A stretch of 64,000 nt of DNA from assembly GCA_965223265.1 (NCBI GenBank), contig OZ244999.1, positions 6,496,001-6,560,000 of the forward strand. Direction: 5' to 3'. Positions 8,409 through 17,142 of the stretch are shown here, piece by piece. Under the pieces are notes generated by a model. That model was not told where the DNA came from. It searched no databases and saw nothing but the letters and a program-made list of their open reading frames with translations. The stretch is from Planctomycetota bacterium. Lineage in GTDB: Bacteria > Planctomycetota > UBA8108 > SXIK01. The number at the start of each line of letters is the position of its first letter. The stretch's first letter is position 1. Both the position numbers and the translations under genes were made by a program.

Positions 8409-10331
8409 TCACTCGTCTTCCTGATCACCGTTCAGCAATCGGTCGAGGTATCTCTGGACATGCGCCTTCCGCTCGATCGGGAGCGGTTCCGTCTCGACTT
8501 CCTCGGCGAGTTCCTGAATTGCCTGGCTGACATTGACCTTGCCTTCGAAGGTCGCTTCACCACGCATGAGTGGTCCATCGACATCGAACTTGCCAACAAT
8601 CATGCCGCGAGGATTGAGCTGCTTCGCCTTGATCTTCTCGCGCTTCATTGTGGTGTCATGCGGCGCCACGCCAGGCCCGGCGCCGTTCGCACGGCCCGGC
8701 CCACTGCCGGACTTGGGTCCGGTTCTCTGTGACTGTCCCAATGACAACTTCAATCCGTTTGCTGCGCTCCGACCGGAGCCCTGGGCCTGGCCGCTTCACG
8801 TGCCGCCAGGCTTGCCTTTGCCGCCCTGTCATGTGCCGCCGGGTTTCTGACCCTGCGCCAGTTTCTTACCGCAGTTCGCACAGCGATGCAGCTGTCCCAT
8901 CTGCGCCTTGGTCTGCTTGATGAGCTCCATCGCCTGTCGCAGCGCCGCCAGGTCCTGGGAAAGTTGGGCGAGGGAGTTCAAGTCCTGATCCATCCCCTGC
9001 ATGTTCGAAAGCATCTTGGCCATGTCAGCGCTGCTCATGCTCAGCGACTCCATCCCGCTGAGGCTGTTGGCAAACGCCCCCGACTGTCGCGACAGCCGTG
9101 CGAGCTCCTTCTGCAGCTGCTTGATCCGCTGCTTCTCCTTTTCGGTGAGCTGCTTCGGATCTTTCTTCGCGAGCTGCTGCAACTCCTTGGTCAGTTTGTC
9201 GAGCTCTGTCTTTGCCTTCGCGAAGTCGCCCTGTTTGAGCGCGGCTTGCAGCGCCTTCGTAGCGACCAGCGATTTGAGCGACAAACCCTCGAGCTTCTTG
9301 CGCATCTTGTCGAACTGGTCGAAACGGTTGGCGGCGAGACCCTGCTTGAGAATCTCTTCGCGGCGCGCGATTTCGAGGAGCCCCTTCTTCTGCGCGTCGC
9401 TCCTCTTGGCCGCGCCGTCGCCCTTTTGCTCCTGGGAACCTGGCTGCTGCCGGTTTGGCTTTTTTGCCTCAGGGTCATACTTGCTCAGTCGCTTCAACAG
9501 CTCCTGTGTTTCCTTCGAGGTGTTCTCGGCGGCCTTTGCCTCGAGGCGATCGAGCTCTTTTTTGAGTTTGTCTTTTTCCTCGTCGATGGCCTTCGCCATC
9601 TCCTCTTCGTGCGAAGCGCCTTCGGCCGTCGAAGAGAGTCCAAAAGGATCAAGAATCGGCAGGAATGTCAGCGCCACGGCAGCGAAGACGGGTACTACGA
9701 TCCACAAAGCACGGCGTCTTGGGGTGAGAGGGAACACCTGGCGGACGTCAGCGTCCAACAACGATCGCCCGGCGTCAGCGACGACGAGGCCGGCCCACTC
9801 GCTCTGGCCGCGGCGAGTCGAGTCTGCCGCAGACCGTACGTGCGCCGCGGCGACTTCGGGATGCTCAGCGAAGTACGCACTGGCGACGCGTTCCTTCATC
9901 GCCAGTCGGCGATCCGTCTCGACGGCAGTGTCGAACAGTCGAGGACGCCGAAGGAAAAGGGCTCGCACCATGGCGGCCACGAGACTCAGACCAGCGATTG
10001 CCGATACGATCTCGAGGCGGAAAACGCCCGGATAGAGGAGTCGGTCGACGACGATCAAAAGCGCGCTCACTGACGCGGCAAGAATCGCATAGGTGACGAG
10101 ATGGTGCCCAAAGCAAGCAAGCGTCAACCGACGGCGCCCCCGGCGAAGGAATTGCTCGAGGTGGGCTGCCGCATCGCGGCCCTCGGCAGCGCCAGGGTCT
10201 ACCGAGTGCCCCACTTTCGAGCCCCCAACCGAATCCCCCACTACCGAATCTCCCGCGGCCGATCGACCGTCAGCCTCAGGCAGCGGAGAATCGCGCATGG
10301 GAGAGGAATCGTCTCGTCTCGACATAGCCAC
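8409..10331 (-). CDS. Membrane-anchored coiled-coil protein, proposed single 640-aa ORF with two in-frame UGA codons (candidate selenoprotein, residues 501 and 512)
   Basis: ORFs 8829..10331 and 8409..8753 are in the same frame and separated only by TGA at 8829-8831 and 8796-8798, reading HRCANCGKKLAQGQKPGGT*QGGKGKPGGT*SGQAQG. The protein has three TM segments, a long K/E/Q/L coiled coil and a Gly-rich tail ending LPIERKAHVQRYLDRL. Confidence 0.75.
8766..8779 (-). promoter_or_regulatory. Candidate bacterial SECIS hairpin
   Basis: The mRNA reads GCUCC-GGUC-GGAGC, with the loop starting after a 21-nt spacer from the second UGA. The GGUC loop resembles the E. coli fdhF SECIS apical loop. Confidence 0.55.
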
Positions 10332-10470
10332 CCCGACTCGATCAGGTCACGTAGGGCCCGGCGTCGTGTACCGGAAAATCTTTGACCGCAATGACTTCGG
10401 CCGAATCAACAGCGTCTGGACAGGCGCCGCGCAGCATCGTGGCATCCGCCCACGACCGGCTGCAGGCGTT

Positions 10471-10499
10471 ATCATAAGTCGCCCCAGCGCCGCCGACAA
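10471..10499 (-). promoter_or_regulatory. Sigma70-type promoter for the MoxR/vWA operon
   Basis: TTGTCG-17 bp-TATGAT on the minus strand, just downstream of a terminator. Confidence 0.55.
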
Positions 10500-10519
10500 G
10501 TTCTCCGGGGAATTCCCAC

Positions 10520-10544
10520 AAAAAAAGCCATCGCGCCCGTGGCT
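10520..10544 (-). terminator. Intrinsic terminator after the M16 peptidase pair
   Basis: AGCCA..TGGCT stem followed by a T-run on the minus strand, 16 bp after the stop codon at 10561. Confidence 0.55.
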
Positions 10545-10560
10545 CGCGGTACCCGCGTTC

Positions 10561-11910
10561 TCACTGCGTCGAGGCCGCCCCCTCCTCCGGTGTGATAACG
10601 AACGCCGAGTAGTTCTCTGGGTCGAGCAATTGCTCGACACGATCGGCGACGACCTCCTGCCGGATCCCGCCCAACAGATCCACGACCTCAAAAAGATCAA
10701 AATCGTGGAACTCATAGAAAGTGAAGTGGTTAGCGATGTACTCGAGGGAGTTGAACGCGCTGATAAAGTGACCCGTGAAGCGACGTTTCTCGCGCTCGAA
10801 CTCGTCCTCTTCAACGCCACGCTCCCGACAAGCGACGATCGATTGAACGACCGCCTCCTCGAGACGCTCGGGAGCAGGCGTGTCCCCGCCGATCATCGAA
10901 TAACCGACGCCAGCACCAAGGTTGTAGGAAGACCCGAAATCATCGGTGATCAGCTCCCTCTCGTAGAGGTCGCGGTAGAGGTCGCTGCCGCGTCCGAACA
11001 ACAGTTCGAGGGCCAGCTCCGAGGCGAGCTCGTGCTCGACGAACGCCTTGCCGCTAACGGGGACGTCCAGCTCCTTGAAGCCGAGGAGAAGCTTCGGCAC
11101 GGCCACGGCCATCGATCGCCGCTGGTGGTGCCGCGCCACGCCCTGGCTCTCCGGTGGGAAACGCCGCTCCACAACAGCTCGCCGCCGTCCAGAAGTCGAA
11201 CGTTCGCCGGAATCGGAGTGCTCCGCCACAAATCGAAAGAGCTCGCCTGGATCCACGTCGCCGACGACGAACAGGATCATATTCTTCGGATGGTAAAACG
11301 CATCGTGACACCGGTGGAGAAGCTCCGGTGTGATCTCGGCAATGCTCTCCGGCGTGCCGGCGATGTCGATGCGCAGCGGGTGCCGTACAAACAACTCCTC
11401 TAACACCCCCATGTAGCTCACCCACCCAGGGCTATCATCATAGCCCTTGATCTCTTGCTCGATGATGCCCCGCTCCTTCTCGACCTTGTCTGGGGCGAAT
11501 ACAGGATGCTCGACGAAGTCGATCAGAAGCTTGAGGTTGTCGTAGAACTCGTGCGTTGACGCGAATAGATACGTCGTCGTCGTGAAGGACGTCGACGCAT
11601 TACTGTACGCGCCGTTGCGTGCGAAGAGATCTGAGACATTGCCGGCTTCGGTCTCAAAGAGCACGTGCTCGAGATAATGCGCGATGCCATCCGGAACTTG
11701 CACGCGTTCCCCGCCTTCAACGACGAAGTCGTTGTCGACCGAGCCATAGTACGTCGAGTAGCTCGCGTAGCGTTTCCTAAAGCCCGGCTTGGGACACACC
11801 ATAACGCGCAACCCAGACGGCAGCACCTCGCAGAAGACTTCTTCCTTAAGAGTCGTACTCCAGCGTCGCTGACGCTCGCGTGGGCTCGTCCTCGAGTCTT
11901 CCTTCGACAT
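10561..11910 (-). CDS. M16 (insulinase-family) zinc peptidase, catalytic subunit, YmfH-like
   Basis: VPDGIAHYLEH (inverted HxxEH motif), SNASTSF.TT.Y, EKERGIIEQEI, YHPKNM. ATG at 11910 chosen as start. Confidence 0.9.
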   Translation of the reverse strand: MSKEDSRTSPRERQRRWSTTLKEEVFCEVLPSGLRVMVCPKPGFRKRYASYSTYYGSVDNDFVVEGGERVQVPDGIAHYLEHVLFETEAGNVSDLFARNGAYSNASTSFTTTTYLFASTHEFYDNLKLLIDFVEHPVFAPDKVEKERGIIEQEIKGYDDSPGWVSYMGVLEELFVRHPLRIDIAGTPESIAEITPELLHRCHDAFYHPKNMILFVVGDVDPGELFRFVAEHSDSGERSTSGRRRAVVERRFPPESQGVARHHQRRSMAVAVPKLLLGFKELDVPVSGKAFVEHELASELALELLFGRGSDLYRDLYERELITDDFGSSYNLGAGVGYSMIGGDTPAPERLEEAVVQSIVACRERGVEEDEFEREKRRFTGHFISAFNSLEYIANHFTFYEFHDFDLFEVVDLLGGIRQEVVADRVEQLLDPENYSAFVITPEEGAASTQ

Positions 11911-12019
11911 GAACCGCTTGTCCTGTTCTTCTAGCACTTGTGGAAATCTACACGGCATACTCAACGTTCATACCTAACGCGTCGACCCCACGGGCCTCGC
12001 GAGCGGCGCAAGGCAGAAC

Positions 12020-13318
12020 CTAGCCGCGCGTCAAGAGATAGCTTGTGTCCAAATCGAGCTGCTGCGACACTTCAACGATGTGGTCCCGGGTCACCCCGCG
12101 AACGCGCTCGCGGAACCGCTCAAGGTCGAGCGGACGCCCATGCAGGCCCCAGACAAAATCGGTCTGTGCTAGGGCGCTGGGGTTATCCTCCAGCATTTCG
12201 TTCTGATTGAGGATCGTCGCCACAGTCGATGCAATCTCGTCATCGGAAATCTCACCTCTCTGCATCGCCTCCACTTGCTGGCGAATGATGACCGTGGCTT
12301 CATCGACGTTCTCAGGAGCTATGCCGCTCGAGATGGTCAGGAATCGTTTTGTTCGTTCGACGCTCGAACGCACGGAGTAACAGAGGTTCGCCTTTTCGCG
12401 GACATTCTGGAACAGTTTCGAGTGGCTATAGCCGCCGAGAATGCCGTTCATGACGAGGAGCGTCTCGTAGAGGTCGTCCGTGTAAGAAACCTGGTGGCGG
12501 TAGCCCATGACGAGCTTTGCTTGCTGCACGTCCATGGTCTCAACGGCAGACTTGGGCTCGTCGACAGGCCCGAGCGACGCCGGTCGTTCGTTGACAGCAA
12601 GCTCGAGCGGACGGTCCAGGAACTCACAAAACTCACGCGTGATGAGATCCTTCGTGGGTTCAATCTCAAGGTCACCCACGACGTACACGGAAATCGGGTA
12701 GTGGCTCAACCAATCCTTATGGAATTGCCGCAGCGACTGAGCAGTGATCTGTTTCAAGTCGTCGATGCGGCCGTGCTCGTAAAGACAAAACGGATCGCCC
12801 GCAAACATCGTCTCGAGCATACGCTGTTCGGCATACGCCGATTTTGAGTCAAGTAGCCCACTGATGTGGCGATGCAGATTGGCCTTTTCATGCTCGACGC
12901 AGGCCTTGGGAAAGTCGCCATCGACGAGAAACGGATCGCTCACAGACTGACGAACGAACTCGACAGCTTGACGCAGCACCGAAGCGGACTCCGGCAGGAA
13001 GAGGTCGTTGACGCACTCCATCCGTGCCTGCACGAGGTGCCAATCGCCGATTTTGTAGACCGACGATCCCAAGGACGTGCCATACAGCCCTTCGAGAAAT
13101 CTATTCATGCTCTGCAAATCGGGGTGCGCACGAGTTCCGCGCCGCAGCACCATCGGTAAGAGAGCCATTGACGTGACCGTCTCAGAGGTCAGATTGCCGA
13201 GAAAAGTGACCTGCATCACGACGGTTTTTATCTTTCGACTTGAGCACAACGCCAAGTGGAACCCAGGCGCCGGGTCGAAGTGTACGAAGGTGGATTCGGA
13301 CGTGGTCGTGTCTTTCAC
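12020..13318 (-). CDS. M16 peptidase, non-catalytic subunit, YmfF-like
   Basis: M16 C-terminal motif NGILGGYSHSKLFQNVREKANLCYS, no HxxEH, adjacent to the catalytic partner. Confidence 0.85.
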   Translation of the reverse strand: MKDTTTSESTFVHFDPAPGFHLALCSSRKIKTVVMQVTFLGNLTSETVTSMALLPMVLRRGTRAHPDLQSMNRFLEGLYGTSLGSSVYKIGDWHLVQARMECVNDLFLPESASVLRQAVEFVRQSVSDPFLVDGDFPKACVEHEKANLHRHISGLLDSKSAYAEQRMLETMFAGDPFCLYEHGRIDDLKQITAQSLRQFHKDWLSHYPISVYVVGDLEIEPTKDLITREFCEFLDRPLELAVNERPASLGPVDEPKSAVETMDVQQAKLVMGYRHQVSYTDDLYETLLVMNGILGGYSHSKLFQNVREKANLCYSVRSSVERTKRFLTISSGIAPENVDEATVIIRQQVEAMQRGEISDDEIASTVATILNQNEMLEDNPSALAQTDFVWGLHGRPLDLERFRERVRGVTRDHIVEVSQQLDLDTSYLLTRG

Positions 13319-13428
13319 AGTTGGTAACGTAGAGCTGAAGAAAGATGCCTATGACTTGGCTGTACGCCGCTGGAAAGATCTACGCGGCGCCGCGCGCTCC
13401 CGTCCGCCCGCCGGTCCGTACGTTCGCG

Positions 13429-15432
13429 TCACTTCCGATCAAACAGCCTTTCGATCTCCCGTTGACTGAAAACGACAGCCGTCGGTCGACCATGAGGACA
13501 GTGTCGGAGATCCGAAGCGCACTCACCGCGCTGCAGGAGACTCCGGATGTCCTCGGCCTCCAAAGTTGTACCACCTTTGACGGCTCGCTTACACGCGATC
13601 GTTGCAGCGATTCGCCGCAGGGGACCCTCGACGCTACTGGGCATGTCCCGCTCGCGGGCCTCCCGACTCGTCGCTGTTTTCACTGCGCCGGCTTGAAAAT
13701 CGAGCAAAATCGCGCTGATCATCTCGCCGAGGTCAGTGGCTCCCGCCTCGCGATCGAAAATACTCGGGAGCGCGTGCACGGCAACCGATTCCGGTCCGAA
13801 CGCCTCCATCTCAAAACCGAAACGTGCCAGAAGCGTCGCCACTTCGTCCACGAGTGGCATCAGCTCCGTTGAGATCGTCACAACTTCAGGCACCAGCAGA
13901 CGCTGACTCTCGACGACACCGTCGACAAGACGTTGATACACCGATTCAAAGAGGATTTTCTCATGCAGAGCGTGTTGATCGATGATCATCAGCTGACCGG
14001 CCACCTCGACGATGATGTAGGTGTCGAAGACCTGGATCACCCGTGCGCCCGCCCCCGGGAGACCGCTGAGACGCGAGGAGTCGGCCGCCTCGGCCGCCGG
14101 GCCGCGACTCCCCACGCTGGTGTTTGTCGCCGCGACGCTGTCGGGCAGTGCTGACGGAGCCCCACCAGCGGTCGGAGTTTGGGGCGCGGGAGCCGCCTCG
14201 GCGCCGGTCTGCCGCCCTCTCGCACCGCCGTCGCTCTCTCCACCTTCCACTGCGACCGGCGGCAGCTCGAACGAAGCCACCGCTCCGTCTGCCGACGCCT
14301 GGTCGAGCACTTCGTCCGGCTGCTTCTGCTGTTGCTCCCAGCGAAACTCGCGGCCGGTGATTTCAGCGAAGAGATCTCCCATCGTCGGTGCCGGATCTGC
14401 ATCGGTTGAAGTTTCTTCCGACTCGGAGGTCGTTTCGCCGAGATTCTCCAGCGCCCGGCGAACGGCATGGTGGACAAGCCGGTAGATCGACGATGAGTCG
14501 CGAAAACGCACCTCCGTCTTCGTCGGGTGCACGTTGACGTCGATCTCTCCTCGCGGAAACTCAAGAAAAAGGTAAGCAATCGGTTGATAACCCGGAATGA
14601 GGAATCCTTGGTAGGCGCTCCGCAGCGCATGCGACAACGTTCGGTCCCGAATCCAGCGACCGTTGGCGAAGAAATGCTGCTCCTTGGCGTCGCGGCGCCG
14701 CGTACTTGGTGCCGCGACAAACCCGACGACAGACGGAAATTTGGGATCGTCGCCGGCTCGGATTTCGATCAAAGCTTCGCTCACCTTGCGCGAGACGAGT
14801 TGACGTACGCGCTCGCCCAAGTCGTCGGTTGCCGCCACGTCCAAAACTTCGCGGCCGCCATGCACGAGCCTGAACCTGACTCCGGGCGCGCCGAGGGCGA
14901 TACGCGTGACCTGTTGAATACAGTGCGACACCTCAGTCGCGGCGGCGCGCAAAAACTTGCGTCGCGCCGGAACGTTGTAGAACAGGTCGCGCACCTCAAC
15001 GCAGCTCCCCGGGGCTCCAGCGTGCGGCTCGGGAGCGTCCATCCCCGGCCGATATCGATACGGGTGTTCCGCGGCAGGCGGCTGCGACACGATCTCCGCC
15101 ATACTGACGGCAGCGACGCTGGCGAGCGCCTCACCTCGAAACCCAAGCGACGAAAACCCAAGCTCGTTGGCGCTAAGCTCTTCGTCTCGCAGTTTACTCG
15201 TGGCATGTCCGTGGAAAGCCAGCTCCAGCTCACCGGGTGCGATGCCGCAGCCATTGTCGCGCACACTGATCAGCTTCTTTCCTCCGTCCTCAAGGAGGAT
15301 CGTGACCTCAGTGGCATCCGCGTCCAGGCTGTTCTCGACGAGTTCTTTCACGACACTCGCCGGTCGCTCGATCACTTCTCCCGCCGCGACGCGATTGATG
15401 ATCTCCGGCGGTAAGATTCGAATCTTGGGCAT
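13429..15432 (-). CDS. mutL: DNA mismatch repair endonuclease MutL
   Basis: AAGEVIERPASVVKELVENSLDA, GFRGEAL, DVNVHPTKTEV, DQHALHEK endonuclease motif, ACK and CPHGRP. Confidence 0.97.
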   Translation of the reverse strand: MPKIRILPPEIINRVAAGEVIERPASVVKELVENSLDADATEVTILLEDGGKKLISVRDNGCGIAPGELELAFHGHATSKLRDEELSANELGFSSLGFRGEALASVAAVSMAEIVSQPPAAEHPYRYRPGMDAPEPHAGAPGSCVEVRDLFYNVPARRKFLRAAATEVSHCIQQVTRIALGAPGVRFRLVHGGREVLDVAATDDLGERVRQLVSRKVSEALIEIRAGDDPKFPSVVGFVAAPSTRRRDAKEQHFFANGRWIRDRTLSHALRSAYQGFLIPGYQPIAYLFLEFPRGEIDVNVHPTKTEVRFRDSSSIYRLVHHAVRRALENLGETTSESEETSTDADPAPTMGDLFAEITGREFRWEQQQKQPDEVLDQASADGAVASFELPPVAVEGGESDGGARGRQTGAEAAPAPQTPTAGGAPSALPDSVAATNTSVGSRGPAAEAADSSRLSGLPGAGARVIQVFDTYIIVEVAGQLMIIDQHALHEKILFESVYQRLVDGVVESQRLLVPEVVTISTELMPLVDEVATLLARFGFEMEAFGPESVAVHALPSIFDREAGATDLGEMISAILLDFQAGAVKTATSREARERDMPSSVEGPLRRIAATIACKRAVKGGTTLEAEDIRSLLQRGECASDLRHCPHGRPTAVVFSQREIERLFDRK

Positions 15433-15615
15433 GCCTCTCTCCTCTCATCCCCCGAGCCTCTGCAAAAAACCGCAGGCAAGATGCAAGCCGCAAACCGGCT
15501 GGAACTCTCTTTCCCAGAGCTCTTCTGCAGGCACTCGGATCATTCTCTCAAGTGAGCGCCCTCTCACTGGCGCTGCGATTCCAGCCCGGTGTGATCCATC
15601 GGGCGAGCATCAAAG

Positions 15616-16485
15616 CTACTGCGACTGCAGCAGATGATTTGCACACACGAATGTGTTTCGAGCCAACATCGCGACAGTGATCGGTCCCACCCCACCCGGC
15701 ACTGGCGTAATCCAGCTAGCCTTTGGCGAGACCGAGTCATAGTCCACGTCCCCGACAACGCCTCGCCTGCCCGGAACACGATTGATGCCAACGTCGATCA
15801 CGATGACGCCGTCACGGACCATATCACCGGTGATCAATCCCGGTTTACCGACGGCAACCACAAGGATATCAGCATTTCGCGTATGCTCCTCGAGGCCGCG
15901 CGTCGCGATGTGACACGTCGTCAACGTCGCCATCTCCTGGAGCAAGCAAAGCCCAACCGGCTTGCCGACGATGTCGCTGTGGCCGACTACGACGACGTGT
16001 TTGCCTTCAACGTCGACCCCGGTCGAGTCAATCGCCTCGAGAACCGCAAGAGCGGTACACGGCCCTGTCGCATGTCGATCGTAGATCAACCGCCCCAAAT
16101 TCGTCGGATTGACACCCTCGACGTCCTTGGTGGCGTCGATCCTCTCCTGAACGGGAGCCGCCGGGATCTCGTCGGGAAGCGGCATCGTGAGTAGGATTCC
16201 CGTCACCGTCGGGTTGGCGTTGAGAGCATCTATGTGGCTAAAGAGAGCGTCGACCGTCGTCGTCTGATCGAGTGACAGATGCGTCAGCTGAATGCCCAGT
16301 TCAGCGAAACGCTCCTTCTGCTTTCGGATGTACACTTCGGACCCGGCGCTACCGCCGACCTGGACGGCCACTAAATTCGGGACCAGCCCGTCGCGTCGAA
16401 GCTTAGCGACCCCGAGACGCACCTCGCCGAGGATTCGCTCAGCGATTGCCTGTCCGTCGATCTCATTTGCCTTGGGCGCGTTCAT
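15616..16485 (-). CDS. folD: Bifunctional methylenetetrahydrofolate dehydrogenase/cyclohydrolase
   Basis: KDVEG, PCT, VVGHSDIVGKP, VIDVGIN, TPVPGGVGPITVAML. Confidence 0.95.
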   Translation of the reverse strand: MNAPKANEIDGQAIAERILGEVRLGVAKLRRDGLVPNLVAVQVGGSAGSEVYIRKQKERFAELGIQLTHLSLDQTTTVDALFSHIDALNANPTVTGILLTMPLPDEIPAAPVQERIDATKDVEGVNPTNLGRLIYDRHATGPCTALAVLEAIDSTGVDVEGKHVVVVGHSDIVGKPVGLCLLQEMATLTTCHIATRGLEEHTRNADILVVAVGKPGLITGDMVRDGVIVIDVGINRVPGRRGVVGDVDYDSVSPKASWITPVPGGVGPITVAMLARNTFVCANHLLQSQ

Positions 16486-17054
16486 CGACTCTTCCCATCG
16501 ACTCGATCCGTACGACTCCCCGCGTCACGCCGCCAGATTCCGCTACGCCCCCCGCTCTTTTCGACCACATGCGCGTGCTCGATGGACGCGCCGCGGTCGA
16601 CCGCTTTCACCATATCGTAGACGGTTAGAGCGGCCACAGTCGCCGCGGTGAAAGCTTCCATTTCGACTCCGGTACGCGCCACGACCGAGGTTTCCGCCTC
16701 GATCTGTAGTCGCGCGTCCTGGTTGCCCTCGCCTTCATCGGCAAGCCAACTGAACTCGATCTGGACGTGGTCGAGCGGCAACGGATGGCAAAGAGGAATG
16801 AGGTCTGCGGTGCGTTTCGCGGCTTGTATGCCGGCGATACGAGCGACTCCGAGAACACTGCCCTTCGGGTGGCTGTCGCTCGCAATCAAGTCGCGGGTCG
16901 CAGACAGCATGCGCACGACGCACCGCGCCCTAGCGCGCCGCGACGTCGGCTTCTTGTCCCCGACATCGACCATGCGGGCGGCCCCGTCAGGATCGACGTG
17001 CGAAAGCTCAGCGCCGGCCGCAGACTCCCGCGGCGATTTCGACTCTTGGCTCAT
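16482..17054 (-). CDS. moaC: Cyclic pyranopterin monophosphate synthase
   Basis: LSHVD..G.ARMVDVGDK, AAKRTADLIPLCHPL, TGVEMEA, YDMVKAVD, KSGG. Start moved to ATG 17054. Confidence 0.95.
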   Translation of the reverse strand: MSQESKSPRESAAGAELSHVDPDGAARMVDVGDKKPTSRRARARCVVRMLSATRDLIASDSHPKGSVLGVARIAGIQAAKRTADLIPLCHPLPLDHVQIEFSWLADEGEGNQDARLQIEAETSVVARTGVEMEAFTAATVAALTVYDMVKAVDRGASIEHAHVVEKSGGRSGIWRRDAGSRTDRVDGKSR

Positions 17055-17142
17055 TGATTCAGCCGCGGAGAGGTGTGAATGCGTCGCGGCATCGGCGAGC
17101 GCGAGGCCATTTCTGAGCACCGATGGCCTGTAGCCCCCATGG

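Noticed and set aside
8796-8831. Genome-wide reassignment of UGA (genetic code 4 or 25) as the explanation for the in-frame TGAs
   Set aside because: asnS, fabF, fabH, alaS and the DUF58 gene end in TGA at their expected C-termini, so UGA is a normal stop here and any recoding must be site-specific.
8409-10331. Pseudogene with two nonsense mutations
   Set aside because: Both TGAs sit at the same position of a repeated motif that has diverged only synonymously, and there are no frameshifts or other stops. Disfavoured but not formally excluded.
17055-17142. Moco riboswitch upstream of moaC
   Set aside because: The gap is only 88 bp with no recognisable consensus, and moaC appears co-transcribed with its neighbours.
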